Shown: one piece after another, positions 20,181 through 31,465 of the stretch | Layout of the letters: the number at the start of each line of letters is the position of its first letter | How positions within the stretch are numbered: position 1 is the stretch's first letter | Origin: a virus | IMG/VR virus record: IMGVR_UViG_3300032265_001314 | Span: 27,272-91,271 of that record | Reading direction: 5' to 3' (one strand) | DNA: 64,000 bases | Translations under genes and position numbers: made by a program | The notes under the pieces: generated by a model | What the model saw: the letters and a program-made list of their open reading frames with translations, nothing else | Told to the model about the DNA's origin: nothing | The model's database searches: none

Positions 20181-21082
20181 TTGTACCTCAATAAAAACAT
20201 GGTCTTGTATTTTTCTTCCCAAAAATCGAGATAGTAACCACTGCCCCATGTTGGGCTTTTAGATCGAACAACGAATCCAAGTTTAGTTCGTTGCACCCTA
20301 GGAATCATGATAGTGATTCCGTATTGTTCGATTAGTTTATGCCTTAAATCGTTCCATTGATCGTCATTTAATTCGATAGGTGGTAGACTCATAACCATTT
20401 CAGCGCAAATATAACAGCTGCCTTCTTATCATAAATCCGTATCCAAACATCGTCATCTAGAGAATATAGATCCCATAGCTGTGGTTCGTCCGTTGGAGGG
20501 TTAGGTAGTTCCTTCTCTAGCCAATCGGCTGCTTCTCGGGCTTTGATTATTCCTTCCATCCCCTCACCCATCTTATAATCAACATAAGTTTCAGTCACGA
20601 CCACCTCAGGAGGAATAGGCTCGCAGTCTTTTCATCAGGAAGCTCAACCCAAGTCTCGTGAACATTACAGTCGTGCTGCCAGCACCATTCAACAAAATCG
20701 TCGTCGTCTTCTAGCTTGCGATTGACTAGGTGATCAGATGTAGTACGCTCCCAGAAGAACGTGCGGATGGCTGGACTGTATTCCCATTTGCGTTTCATCA
20801 AATGTTTCCTCTTGACCCATTTCTCGTATATTAATTTCACGACCACCTCAGCAGAAATAGAGACATCTCTTTTTCATTCTTAAAACGGAACTCACTAAAA
20901 CTCATGCGCTTACCACAGCTATTAGCTTTACACCATTCCTGTACAGTTTTCATCTGTAGTTCAGTCGGAGTATGGAATATGTTTTCATTATATTCAGTAT
21001 CTTTGGCTTTTAGCCAATAGCGGTCGCCTACACGTTCCCACAATACCTTCTTGGTAGGCATGGGCTGTACATAGTTAATCAT
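20177..21082 (-). CDS. four tandem FxL[RK]W-family small proteins (20177-20398, 20389-20604, 20595-20846, 20837-21082)
   Basis: C-termini MFLLRYK, IFALKWL, LFLLRWS and LFLLRWS; 10-nt overlaps. Confidence 0.6.
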
Positions 21083-21849
21083 TATGCATCATCCTTGTGT
21101 CTACGGAAGGTCCATTTGTCAAACCCGTGTTTGGCTATCTTAACAACATCGTTGGTGATCTCTACCATTGGATTAGGATTGCAGGGAATCACACCTCCAA
21201 CAAACATACTGATCTCTTGGAACAGAGTGTAGGGATCGATCGCTTTAGGGAAGCCGTAATCCTTGAGAGACTTGCCGTTTTCTGCAGAGTTGCATTGCCA
21301 CATTATAGGATTTCTCCTATAGTAGCCTCGATCTCTGCGCTCGCACCAAACTGCTGTAACTACCCTGTTATCAATCAACCATTCTAGCTGTTGTGCTGTA
21401 GCTGCTATAGGGATAAAGAAGGTTTTAAGATCGGGAAATATATCTTTCTCCGTCTCTAACTTCTCCCACTTGTATCTTTTAGAAGAAGGCTTAGCTACTT
21501 CTCTATCAAACCCTGCTAGCCAGGCAACAAAGTCATCATAGCGCCAGAATACGTTAAGTATCTCACTACCAAACTCTTTTACTACACGTATTCCGCCATA
21601 GTGTTTTCCTGCTACATAGATGCTGATAGGCAACAGCACCAAAACAGTCATACCTAATGCAGGATCTTTATACTTAAGAGTGTTGTTGTCACTCCAAGAT
21701 TTGCCTTTAATGATGCTATGGGGATAGCCCGCATAAAGCGGACAATCTCTGTCAGAGATCTCTTTGTGCTCACGCACAAAGACAACTTCGCTATCTTGCC
21801 CATATGCTAGGGCAGAATCATAATAATCGTGCCCACCTATGATACGCAT
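21082..21849 (-). CDS. hypothetical phage protein
   Basis: 255-aa ORF (DYYD; HGFD) coupled to the RNA ligase. Confidence 0.65.
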   Translation of the reverse strand: MRIIGGHDYYDSALAYGQDSEVVFVREHKEISDRDCPLYAGYPHSIIKGKSWSDNNTLKYKDPALGMTVLVLLPISIYVAGKHYGGIRVVKEFGSEILNVFWRYDDFVAWLAGFDREVAKPSSKRYKWEKLETEKDIFPDLKTFFIPIAATAQQLEWLIDNRVVTAVWCERRDRGYYRRNPIMWQCNSAENGKSLKDYGFPKAIDPYTLFQEISMFVGGVIPCNPNPMVEITNDVVKIAKHGFDKWTFRRHKDDA

Positions 21850-23090
21850 TAGCTATCTCCATCAAACTGATAATTCCAATGTGCTCCTTCCCAAAGGCCG
21901 CGCACACTATCTATCCTAGTCTGTGTTCCGCAGTTCTTCTTGATAGCATCGATGATCATATTGCGGGTATTCTTACCATCAAACTTACCAAAGATAAACT
22001 GCGGAGCGAAAGGATCCTGGTCCTTGATAGTAGGCATCCACTGTAGGGCATAGGTCTTGCGATCCAATCCGGCATTCTGTACCATCAACCAATACTTATC
22101 GTACTTGTCAACACTGCTAGCGATACCTCCCCAGAACTCAGATTCAAAAGCTTCTAGACGCTTGCGATCGTCATCTAGCATAAAGCTCTTGATATCATCG
22201 ATACCTGCAGAAGTTATCATTTCAACCACATTCTTCTCTTGGCTCAGATGATCCTTAGTCTTATGGATGCGAAGGTACCATTCGCCTTTGACCTTGAGCA
22301 TATGCCCATCGTCAAAGCGCACGATCCATCCTTCGATTCCTTGTGAGGAACGAGTTTCATCCATTAGTAAAGCCAAGTCCTCCGAATCACCATCGTATGC
22401 CTTGACTACGTCGATGCCAAACTGATCTCCCAAAGCACACATTTCACCGTAGCTCTTATATTCTCCAGTGACAGTGTGACGCAGAGCGATGAGAACCAGA
22501 CGATCCTCAGGATAATCAATCACGATACGCTGCTTGCGGCTGCACCATTCAAATACAGGAGTTATACCTAGTGTCATGACAAACATAGCAAATCGAGCAT
22601 AATCGGGATTGCGAGCCACAAATTCCTCTGCACCCATACCTACATCAGTAAGACCCATCTTGGTGCCCCAACGCACATATCCACCCGATATGATACCATC
22701 AGGTCCTGTGGTAGTACCTACAATCACAGGAGTGATCATAGATCCATCAAGCTTCTCAAGCACGACGTGAGGTTGTGAAAAATCGATCTTGCTGAACTGC
22801 GTCTCATCACGCTCGTTCACATTGAAAAACTTGTGCAGGCGGCGGCTCATTATAGTGCCATCCTTGTTAAACAATAGACCACGACACTCACGACGGATGG
22901 CGTTACGCTCTGCGATCAGATCGTGCTCAAGTTCGGGAGATTCATCTACAGGCGGAAAGGTATCAGCCATTGCGACCATGTAGTTAACCACATAGCCCCA
23001 TTCACGCTCTGCGATGATGAACTCATCACACCCCTCGATAGCAGGACGCACATCATCTAGATGCTGTATAGACGGAAACTGATAACGCAT
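21849..23090 (-). CDS. rnlA: T4 Rnl1-type RNA ligase
   Basis: RECRG, HKFFN, EKLDGS (motif I), FEW, EGW and LKVK motifs. Confidence 0.9.
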   Translation of the reverse strand: MRYQFPSIQHLDDVRPAIEGCDEFIIAEREWGYVVNYMVAMADTFPPVDESPELEHDLIAERNAIRRECRGLLFNKDGTIMSRRLHKFFNVNERDETQFSKIDFSQPHVVLEKLDGSMITPVIVGTTTGPDGIISGGYVRWGTKMGLTDVGMGAEEFVARNPDYARFAMFVMTLGITPVFEWCSRKQRIVIDYPEDRLVLIALRHTVTGEYKSYGEMCALGDQFGIDVVKAYDGDSEDLALLMDETRSSQGIEGWIVRFDDGHMLKVKGEWYLRIHKTKDHLSQEKNVVEMITSAGIDDIKSFMLDDDRKRLEAFESEFWGGIASSVDKYDKYWLMVQNAGLDRKTYALQWMPTIKDQDPFAPQFIFGKFDGKNTRNMIIDAIKKNCGTQTRIDSVRGLWEGAHWNYQFDGDS

Positions 23091-23143
23091 TTTGCTCTCC
23101 TATTTTTATTATTATAGCAGATTTTGTGCGCAAGTCAAGCTGA

Positions 23144-24193
23144 TCAAAACGCATTAAAATAATTAAACTCTGGAACCCTTTCGCGGGTTAGCTTGATAAA
23201 TCCGTTTTCAAAACTAAACATAAACACTCCGCTATTGCTGTCAATGTTCTTGAGATCATTCGGACTAACACGGATAGTCTGCCAGTTTTCGTCGCCGGCT
23301 TCGTCAGTTCCATCTACGTAGTCAAACATTAAATTGCCTGTCAGCGGATTTCCGTGCCAATTCTCTTCAACCTTAACAGGAAGATTATCCTTGATCATTT
23401 CCACCTTGTAGTTGATCTTGTTACTGTGCTCTGGCTTAGCATTAAGCATACGCATAGATTCTTGAGGAGTTTCGTTGTAGCGGTTCATTTCTTCAACTAG
23501 AGCCTTGAGCATATCAAAATTGAAAGCATCGTATAGTGTAGAGATCTTGCAGATACTATCAATATGTGTCTTGTTATTGAGATTATCTTCACAATACTCA
23601 CGGATAAACTCAACAGCTAGTCCTTTAAAGTCTAGCATATAGAAGATGCGTCCTGGACGATTGCGCATATGGCTGTCAATGCGCCACTTGTCGTTACAAG
23701 TAAGCACGAACAGCTTCTTGCTAGGAAACACACCATCCAACAGCGTTAGGATGCTTTCCTGTTCGCTGGAATCGTATACCTTCTCAAACTCATCAAACAG
23801 CACGATGCAGGGCTGCTCGATGCTCTGGATCAGCTTGTTAAAGGCATCGCCCTTCCATGCTGAGTTAATGAGGATCGTTGGATAGCCCTTTTCGGCTCCG
23901 CGCATACTAAGTGTCTTGGCCAGTAGCGTCTTGCCGCTGCCTTTCTCTCCGTTTAGCAACACACCTGTGCTAGCAGTGCGAGAATCAAAGGTATTCAAGA
24001 TTCGATCTGCATTGCGTCCGGTATCTCCGTAGAGCTTGCCTTTGTATTCAAAATCACCAGTCTGTTCCAAGAATAGGTTGCCAAACATATCCTGCTTGAT
24101 AATGTAATTGCCCGGAGGCAGCAGCTTGTGTAGGTCAAGGGCTGCTTCATCGGACACGCGGAATGTATTACCATTACGTAGGAAGTAAGTCAC
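23144..24193 (-). CDS. AAA+ ATPase
   Basis: GEKGSGKT, VLFDEFEK, LLDG and RPGR motifs. Confidence 0.9.
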   Translation of the reverse strand: MTYFLRNGNTFRVSDEAALDLHKLLPPGNYIIKQDMFGNLFLEQTGDFEYKGKLYGDTGRNADRILNTFDSRTASTGVLLNGEKGSGKTLLAKTLSMRGAEKGYPTILINSAWKGDAFNKLIQSIEQPCIVLFDEFEKVYDSSEQESILTLLDGVFPSKKLFVLTCNDKWRIDSHMRNRPGRIFYMLDFKGLAVEFIREYCEDNLNNKTHIDSICKISTLYDAFNFDMLKALVEEMNRYNETPQESMRMLNAKPEHSNKINYKVEMIKDNLPVKVEENWHGNPLTGNLMFDYVDGTDEAGDENWQTIRVSPNDLKNIDSNSGVFMFSFENGFIKLTRERVPEFNYFNAF

Positions 24194-24251
24194 TGTATGA
24201 TCCTTCTGTTTTTTCAGTGTTATGATAATATAGCAGAGTTGTTTTATTGTG

Positions 24252-24710
24252 TCAAGCGGTAATTATCTCGTCAAAGCCCTCATCGTATGAAGGCTCTTCC
24301 AAACTGCGGATCATGCCGTTGAGCACGTTCCACGGGATGCTCTTGCCTGGACGGCTATCTAAACGCCGCTGATGCTCATCCCACTCTGGAGTAGGAAAGA
24401 ACACTGCAATCTTCTCGTAGTCCTTTGGAACTGACTGTAGCTTGCCAGCACGACTCTTCTTAGAGATATTAGTCTGATCTAGTATCACATCCTGTCCTGC
24501 CGCAAAAGCGATTTTCATTTCTTGCTGCACGGCTGCGGTAGCAATCTTAATCATATCAGCAAACTCAGCGTTATATGAGGTTCCGTTCTCTTCTGCTCGC
24601 TTTTCAATATGATAATCGCTGCTTACGATTAGTTCACCATTTTGGTAATGCTTGAGCCAAGTGCTCTTACCTGCGCCCGGCACACCTATTAACATATAAA
24701 ACTTAGGCAT
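24252..24710 (-). CDS. P-loop kinase (AAA_33 / polynucleotide kinase-like)
   Basis: GVPGAGKST, SSD, DQTN and a lid R..R. Confidence 0.8.
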   Translation of the reverse strand: MPKFYMLIGVPGAGKSTWLKHYQNGELIVSSDYHIEKRAEENGTSYNAEFADMIKIATAAVQQEMKIAFAAGQDVILDQTNISKKSRAGKLQSVPKDYEKIAVFFPTPEWDEHQRRLDSRPGKSIPWNVLNGMIRSLEEPSYDEGFDEIITA

Positions 24711-24762
24711 TTTTAATCTCCTGTTATTCTATTATACATAATACAAGAGATTTGTCAAGTAA

Positions 24763-25280
24763 TTAAACCAATGCTTCAGGAAATTTCAATTTATAAAAAG
24801 TCAGATCTTTACCTTCTAATGTAGCTGTAATCCGTATGCGTGTCTGCATTGTATGTGGTTCTCGGATGCAAAAGAACTCAGGTTGATCTAGTGCGTGTTC
24901 CATTATAAATTTACCTGCTTCGGTCTGCTGCCATTTATATATTGGTTCGGCAGCCGTAACATAAGGATCATCGCTATATTCATCCATACAAAAAGAAGAT
25001 ACAACGATAGTATATGTTTCGCATACTTTATCATCTTTCATAAAATATCGTTTGCCTAATTTAGGGTAGTCCATCTTAGCAAGATGAGCGATTGCCATTT
25101 CTTATCTCCGCCGCGAATCTCCCAGTAGGGATCGCCATTGTTAAACCTAAGGATATACATACAGTCAGGACAGTGCTTATCCATCCATTCTCTAAATGCT
25201 TTGTCTTCTTCTTGAGTTTTAGTACGACCTATCATATACCATCGGCCTTCGCCGGGATGCAATTGGTTCCTAAACTTCAT
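24763..25280 (-). CDS. two FxL[RK]W-like small proteins (24763-25098, 25056-25280)
   Basis: FYKLKF and LILLRWT ends. Confidence 0.55.
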
Positions 25281-25311
25281 ACTCTTATTATAGAGATTAG
25301 CCTGTCAGATG

Positions 25312-26919
25312 TCAATCAGTAAATCCACCGTGATAAGGATTGTAAACATAATTGTTAGCCTGTGTCATTAATGCACGACTATTCAACCAATCGTTATCAG
25401 TTGTAGTAGTGTTGACTACACCCTTCTTGCTATTAGCAGTCACCCAAGTTAACATCTGTGCAGGAGTAGTTTCCGGATGGCGTGCTAGATGCAAAGCGCA
25501 TATTCCAGTAACCTGTGGAGTAGCCATACTGGTTCCGCTTATCTTGCAGGCTTTGAATGTGTTCTGTGCTTGTGTACCGAAATCATATGCGAATGGACTG
25601 AAAGTACTTAGAGCGCTAGTTGAGCTAGTTATATAGGTTCCTGGACTTATGATATCAACACCCGGTCCACGCTCGCTATAGGTAGCTAGCTGCTCTTTGA
25701 GCACGTTCTGTACAGTGATGGTAGCATAGTCGCCGGCTGCTACATCTATAGTTCCCCTTGGACTAGAACCCCGATGATAATATGTAGCGACTCCCGGAGG
25801 ATTGACTCCATAGACGTTGCTCTTATAGAAATTACCGTAATCTGGGCCTGTAGATAAATCTACCTTATGGCTATAGTTTCCTGCTGCCGCGATATATATG
25901 ATGCCTGCTGCCATGCCCTGTTGTATCTGTGTATCTATACTTGGTACACGGAATCCATGCTCTGGACCGACTTGTCCGTAAGCTGATTGATAGCTAACCT
26001 TAGTAGAATAGTTATGTGCTGAACCTCTATAGGTAATGTTAGTGATTACCTTAGCATTTAGGTTTGCTGGATTGCCGCTATAATACCAAGCAAATCCCCA
26101 GCTCATATTAACGATAGTTGGACGCTTGCGTCCAGTAGCGGGATCGTTTGGTTTAGCCAGATGCCAGTAGCGTATGAGATCAAATGCTGTGCCTATACCG
26201 TTAGTAAAGCTCTTAGTACCATTGGCAGTATTATCGAATATCCTCATACTGTAGATCTTAGCACCCTTGGCGTAACCATAAGTCTTACCTGCTGCTATGC
26301 CTGTTACGTGGGTACCGTGTTCACCTTCGCCTTGTATGCTGAGATCATAAAACCCCACAGGCATTGGAGTAGTTGGAGTAGGGCTAGTAGTATACCAATT
26401 GATCTGTTGCACCCTGCTATTGCCCTGGCTATCTAGGAATTCGGGATGGTTGGGTTGTATACCATCATCCATTATCACTATGTCAACACCGCTGCCGTCT
26501 TCGTCATAAGCATACGTAGCACCTGGACTAGCTTCAGGTGCTGCTAATCCCGTGCGCCTCAGGCCCCAATTGACATTATAAACATCTGGATTAGTTGATG
26601 TGCGAGTAAAGGTTCCGTGCGTGTTATTGTAAGCTGTAGGAGTTTCTGTAGCATTGAGCATTTTTCCGTAAGTAGTAAAATGCTTAGCCATCTCTCTGAG
26701 AGGATTGAGATGTACGTGCTGGACTCTTGGATCGTTTGCTAATGCTGCTGCTTCGTGATCTTCGAGATAGTAATGTGTCATTACTTCGTTTAGTTCTCGA
26801 GGATCAGCAACTTCGACTATCCTATTAGGAACATTAGGCTTGTTTGTTGCTGTTGTTAAATCAGCGTGTAGGCTATCAATACTAGCTTCATCTGGTGCTA
26901 CTACTACGAACTCTCTCAT
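25312..26919 (-). CDS. S8 subtilisin-like serine protease with N-terminal propeptide
   Basis: DDG, HGTHVTG, AAGN and GTSMATP; TAAATA upstream. Confidence 0.92.
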   Translation of the reverse strand: MREFVVVAPDEASIDSLHADLTTATNKPNVPNRIVEVADPRELNEVMTHYYLEDHEAAALANDPRVQHVHLNPLREMAKHFTTYGKMLNATETPTAYNNTHGTFTRTSTNPDVYNVNWGLRRTGLAAPEASPGATYAYDEDGSGVDIVIMDDGIQPNHPEFLDSQGNSRVQQINWYTTSPTPTTPMPVGFYDLSIQGEGEHGTHVTGIAAGKTYGYAKGAKIYSMRIFDNTANGTKSFTNGIGTAFDLIRYWHLAKPNDPATGRKRPTIVNMSWGFAWYYSGNPANLNAKVITNITYRGSAHNYSTKVSYQSAYGQVGPEHGFRVPSIDTQIQQGMAAGIIYIAAAGNYSHKVDLSTGPDYGNFYKSNVYGVNPPGVATYYHRGSSPRGTIDVAAGDYATITVQNVLKEQLATYSERGPGVDIISPGTYITSSTSALSTFSPFAYDFGTQAQNTFKACKISGTSMATPQVTGICALHLARHPETTPAQMLTWVTANSKKGVVNTTTTDNDWLNSRALMTQANNYVYNPYHGGFTD

Positions 26920-26943
26920 GGTTTAAATCTCCTGCTGGAGTAT

Positions 26944-27261
26944 TTATGCCCACTTCAGCTGAAACCACGCTAGCTCTACATCGCTTTTTAGATAGATACG
27001 CATCTGATGATTGTCTGTATCCCAAGCCCACTTATCATTTATACAGGAATTAGTATCAAAATACATTCCTAACTCAACTGTAGGTCCATATGTCTCCCAA
27101 CACCATTGCCTAACCTTGCTAAAAGCTTCTGCTTTTTCTTGCCAAGTAGGTTTAGGGATAGATATTCCATATTTAAGGACATATTTCTCAGGTTCCACGA
27201 TGTAATTAAACCAAGTATATCCATTATATCGCCTATCCAATTTCTTTGCTTTGAACTTCAT
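26944..27261 (-). CDS. FxL[RK]W-family small protein
   Basis: WCWETYG and WFQLKWA. Confidence 0.6.
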   Translation of the reverse strand: MKFKAKKLDRRYNGYTWFNYIVEPEKYVLKYGISIPKPTWQEKAEAFSKVRQWCWETYGPTVELGMYFDTNSCINDKWAWDTDNHQMRIYLKSDVELAWFQLKWA

Positions 27262-27758
27262 CTAGGTACTAGTTCCTCTATAGCCTTTGGTGTATAGTCT
27301 TGCACTTCAACAGAGCAGTTGATATAACGCTCTCCTGGACTAGGGTTCTGATGGATATGCCCGTGTAGGTTGTACTGTACCTTGAACATCCCACTCTCGT
27401 GGATAGGAACGTGTGTTAGAACACAATTAAACTCCGGAAACATACGCCACATCAAGACCTTCTGGAAGTTGACCTGTATGTAAGATGCTTTACCATTGTC
27501 GTGATTGCCTAAGATCAAACGCTTGCGCCCCTTGAGTCTGGGCAAGACCTTATGCCCGTGCTCAAAGTAAACGTCACCGAGGTGATAGACGATATCGCTA
27601 TCACCTACTACACTGTTCCAACGTTCTACCATATGCTCATCCATCTCTTCAACAGATGCGAACTGTGGCCGGATAAGCTCGCCACTAGTACTGTCAGTGA
27701 ACTTTAGTATGTTACTATGACCAAAGTGTGTATCGCTCACTATGAATATATTACTCAT
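27258..27758 (-). CDS. metallophosphoesterase
   Basis: SDTHFGH, HLGD, GNHD and HGHIH motifs. Confidence 0.88.
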   Translation of the reverse strand: MSNIFIVSDTHFGHSNILKFTDSTSGELIRPQFASVEEMDEHMVERWNSVVGDSDIVYHLGDVYFEHGHKVLPRLKGRKRLILGNHDNGKASYIQVNFQKVLMWRMFPEFNCVLTHVPIHESGMFKVQYNLHGHIHQNPSPGERYINCSVEVQDYTPKAIEELVPR

Positions 27759-28600
27759 CTTCGTCCTCTATAGTTAGAGTGGCATTCCTTAAACGATAAC
27801 CACGATCTATCCAGCGATTAACTTTTAAGCTATCCCATTCTGTAGTTTGCATATGTCGTAACCATGCCTCGGTGGGAGTTTGACTAAAGGATCTGTATGA
27901 CATAGCCGGGATAACTAGTTCCTTTTTGTCCCAAGGAGAGGCCGGAGGTACCACGACATACCCGTTGATAGAATATGTTGTCACCACTCTGGTCCAGTTG
28001 TTTTATCTGTGCGTTGATAGATGTAACTGAAGTCTACGCCATAAGCAGGCACTACCATCAAACGCTCTGGCATACCGTTAGCATCAGTCTCACCTAGTCC
28101 ACTGTGGATGAAATATGTGCCTGGAAACTTCTCAGCATCCAACCGACGCAGCATCATCGTCTGTAGATCACACTTCTTCTGGAGTCGTTCGATCTCTTCG
28201 ATAGCTTTGCCGATGGCCGGATCCATTAAGAATGAATAAGCATCTTTTAGGTAGGTTAGTGTGTCTGTCATCGATTCATAGTTCCTAGTTTGCAAGACAA
28301 ATTACCTTCCGAGTGTCGGCCATTATCAAAGTCAGTGACATAATAACCACGACCATTATTGAGATTAACAACCATTGTTAGGTTACCGTGTGATCCAATG
28401 TGTGTAATGATTCCTAAGTCATTTTCTTTCTTAGAAAACATAGCTTCGGGTGTGCTGTTATCATAAGAAATAAAACCATTGCCGTCGTGCAAGATATATT
28501 CGATACGATCACCGTATTGGCTAGTGCATTTGCCAGTAGCCCACACTTCTGCGGCTGCTGGTGTTGATATCAATGATACCAATATCAATAGTTTCTTCAT
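27751..28600 (-). CDS. three small hypothetical proteins (27751-27987, 27981-28295, 28268-28600 secreted)
   Basis: Coupled ORFs; the last has a signal peptide. Confidence 0.5.
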
Positions 28601-29208
28601 AGTTCTTCTCCTTGGGTCAGCATAGACTTCTTAACTACCTTGTGTAGACCAGGATTGACCTTCAACATATTAGGTACTAAGAACAAACGGATGAAAGTGC
28701 GAGTAAACTTGGTGTTGGGATCGCTGTTGCTTGGATCTTCTAACCAAGGTACATCGTGCTGTGTAGCCCATTTAACTAGCTCTTCCTTTCGATTCAATCT
28801 AAAAGGACGGATTACATTGCTATGTCTATAGGGTATTGGTCTAGGATGTTCTCCATTGCAAGCTGTAAATGCCCATTGCTCAACACAATCATCTAGATGA
28901 TGTGACATCACGATCTGCTGTTCTTGCGACTTAAAAAACGCATAGCGTTCGTCACGCCAATACTCTTCCCAGCTCTTGTTTTTGGGCTTTTGGGATTGTA
29001 GGAAATGTATATCATAAGGGAGCTGGTGTTTATGACAATAGTCAACAACTAGAGACATGGCTTCGTTGCCGTATGCTGTGCCGTGGTTGACATGATATAC
29101 ACGAACCTTGTGCCTACGCCGTAGAAAATCGAGAGCTGCCATGCTATCAACCCCTCCACTTACTGCTACGCCTACTTCTTGCGGGATAGTGCCTTGTACT
29201 TTGATCAT
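28597..29208 (-). CDS. tilS: tRNA(Ile2)-lysidine synthetase (short; catalytic domain only)
   Basis: AVSGGVDS PP-loop, HVNHG, RDERY, HHLDD, IRP, EDPSN and R..IR motifs. Confidence 0.85.
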   Translation of the reverse strand: MIKVQGTIPQEVGVAVSGGVDSMAALDFLRRRHKVRVYHVNHGTAYGNEAMSLVVDYCHKHQLPYDIHFLQSQKPKNKSWEEYWRDERYAFFKSQEQQIVMSHHLDDCVEQWAFTACNGEHPRPIPYRHSNVIRPFRLNRKEELVKWATQHDVPWLEDPSNSDPNTKFTRTFIRLFLVPNMLKVNPGLHKVVKKSMLTQGEEL

Positions 29209-29276
29209 TATCTCACCTTATTATATTATATATTAACATAAAAAATTTAATGCGTCAAGTGGTATATAAATATCAA

Positions 29277-30338
29277 ATGCAAAACAAGTTCTGTAGAGTG
29301 TTATCTAACGCATTAAGTTTCAGGGTACCGGGAGATACAGGAAAATTATCCTTTAATCCCTGTTGTCTATATGATGATTACATCGAATTCAATTATGAAA
29401 ATTTTAAGGATGAAAGACTCAAATATACAACTGCTACTGATTTCCTCCCAGGTTGTAGTAAATGTAAATTGAAAGAAATTACGCACGGAAGCAGTATGAG
29501 AACAGATGCTTTTGAACGTATACCCGGAGATATCGGTAATGACATCTATAAATTAGAAGTAGTATTAGATACTACCTGCAATGCTGCTTGTATACAATGT
29601 GGACCTATACAAAGTTCTCTATGGAGGAAAGAATTAAAACTACTTGATTTTCCGGAATCTAATGTCAAAAAAGAATTAGATAGATTGAAAGTATTAATCG
29701 ATATAGATAAAGTAAAAGATTTTCATTTTTGGGGAGGAGAACCATTAGCAACCAATACACACTTAGATATGATAAGAGAAATAAAAGATCCTAGCACAGT
29801 GACACTGAGATATGCTACTAATGGCAGTATCTTTCCAGATGAAGAGCTATGGAATCTTTACTCTAAGTTCCATAAGGTAACTTTTAATATCAGCATAGAC
29901 GGTATAGGTGATCAGTTCCACTATATGAGATGGCCATTAGAATGGAAAAAAGTATCTAAGAATCTTCTTAGGTTTAAGAATGAATGCTCTGACAACACCC
30001 GATTGTTTATAAATTACTGTGTGGTTCCGCTGAACAGCTTTTACGTTTTAGAAATGGAAGAATGGTTAGATGCGAATGCTAAGATATCGCATAATAATAA
30101 ACCTATAGAATTAAGCTACATACGAGGAGAAGGTACTCTAAATATTTCAAACACACCGATGGCTCTTAGAGAAAAGGTTTGGTCAACCCTAGGAGAAAAT
30201 CATACAGTAAGTAATATATTAAGAGAAGTTCCAGTCAATGATCATAGACATATGGTTAACTATCTAGATCATTGGGATAAGGTCAGGAAGTTAGAATGGC
30301 GATCGATATTTCCAGAAGTTGGAAAATTTTATGATTGA
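29277..30338 (+). CDS. radical SAM enzyme with auxiliary Cys cluster
   Basis: CNAACIQC, GGEP, TNG and SIDG; N-terminal PCC...CxxC; TATAAATA directly upstream. Confidence 0.88.
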   Translation: MQNKFCRVLSNALSFRVPGDTGKLSFNPCCLYDDYIEFNYENFKDERLKYTTATDFLPGCSKCKLKEITHGSSMRTDAFERIPGDIGNDIYKLEVVLDTTCNAACIQCGPIQSSLWRKELKLLDFPESNVKKELDRLKVLIDIDKVKDFHFWGGEPLATNTHLDMIREIKDPSTVTLRYATNGSIFPDEELWNLYSKFHKVTFNISIDGIGDQFHYMRWPLEWKKVSKNLLRFKNECSDNTRLFINYCVVPLNSFYVLEMEEWLDANAKISHNNKPIELSYIRGEGTLNISNTPMALREKVWSTLGENHTVSNILREVPVNDHRHMVNYLDHWDKVRKLEWRSIFPEVGKFYD

Positions 30339-30340
30339 AC

Positions 30341-31465
30341 TTACAGTTTATAAAATCTCGTTGTGCTTATGCTTTTGAAACCTTTGGCTATGTTGCCACC
30401 TATTAAAGATCTCTCATTAATGTTTTTTCCTAGATAGTCTATCATTTCTATATATTTTCCTTTGTTCCTCTCATCTATATTTTCCCAAAACCAAGATTCT
30501 TTTTCTCTTATCAGCTTAACACCTCCCTTTTTAGTTTGGAATATAGGGTGTGTATGTGAGGGGTATATGATAGGATGAAGCACATCTCTAAAATTCTCTA
30601 TATGAGAACTTCTTATCTTTGATAACATAGTCCTAGTATAAACATCTAATTGTGCTACTCGCTTTACTTCTTGGGCTTGTTTGACAACGATCTCTGGCAG
30701 ATCGGGAGTCCAATAAAAGAATTCAGTATCATACGATCCCTGCATATTCTTCCTAGTAAACTCAGGCATGGGTTGATGATAGGCATTACTATCAGTAAAG
30801 AAACTGTAATAATCAGTTCCGTCAAAATGAACTAACGGCTTGTCTACTCCTAGTATATGAGCTACCTTTTTACCTTTATCTACTAGTTCCTGAGTGTCGC
30901 GATCATTGTAATATGCCGACTTGCATACCATCCTGACATTTGGCTCTAGACCTAGAGATATATCTTCTGGAGTTTGTGCCTTATTGACGATATCAAATGT
31001 AGGTGTTGAGATATCAACAAACCTTATCTTGGTATTTGGATGTAATAGATTTTTATATTTCTGTAGATGCGGCACTGCTTCGAAATCAATTTCTCCATAT
31101 TGATTCCTGGGATCTCTGTCAGTACCGTTTAGATTCTTTCTGTCTAATCCAGGCACACTCATAGATATCTCGTCTAGGAATATATCATTATCAATAAAAC
31201 TATGCAATACGTTTGTGCTATCAGCACCGCCGCTAAATTGTAAGAGGAGATAATCATATTTCTCTCTCAGCTGTTTAGCCCGCAACCTGTATAATTCCTT
31301 TAAGGGAACCTCGATAGGTACGGTCCAATCTATAGCACCATATAATTTATCATTAAATATCCATTCTAGACTGTATCCAGTACGTTTCTCTTCTAGCATA
31401 GCTTCGATAGTATTATGGAATCTACGGAAACCAGTTTGATAATATCCTATTTTTTCGTTAATCAT
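30341..31465 (-). CDS. PP-loop (adenine nucleotide alpha hydrolase-like) protein
   Basis: FSGGADS, GVDKP and EFFYW motifs. Confidence 0.65.
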   Translation of the reverse strand: MINEKIGYYQTGFRRFHNTIEAMLEEKRTGYSLEWIFNDKLYGAIDWTVPIEVPLKELYRLRAKQLREKYDYLLLQFSGGADSTNVLHSFIDNDIFLDEISMSVPGLDRKNLNGTDRDPRNQYGEIDFEAVPHLQKYKNLLHPNTKIRFVDISTPTFDIVNKAQTPEDISLGLEPNVRMVCKSAYYNDRDTQELVDKGKKVAHILGVDKPLVHFDGTDYYSFFTDSNAYHQPMPEFTRKNMQGSYDTEFFYWTPDLPEIVVKQAQEVKRVAQLDVYTRTMLSKIRSSHIENFRDVLHPIIYPSHTHPIFQTKKGGVKLIREKESWFWENIDERNKGKYIEMIDYLGKNINERSLIGGNIAKGFKSISTTRFYKL

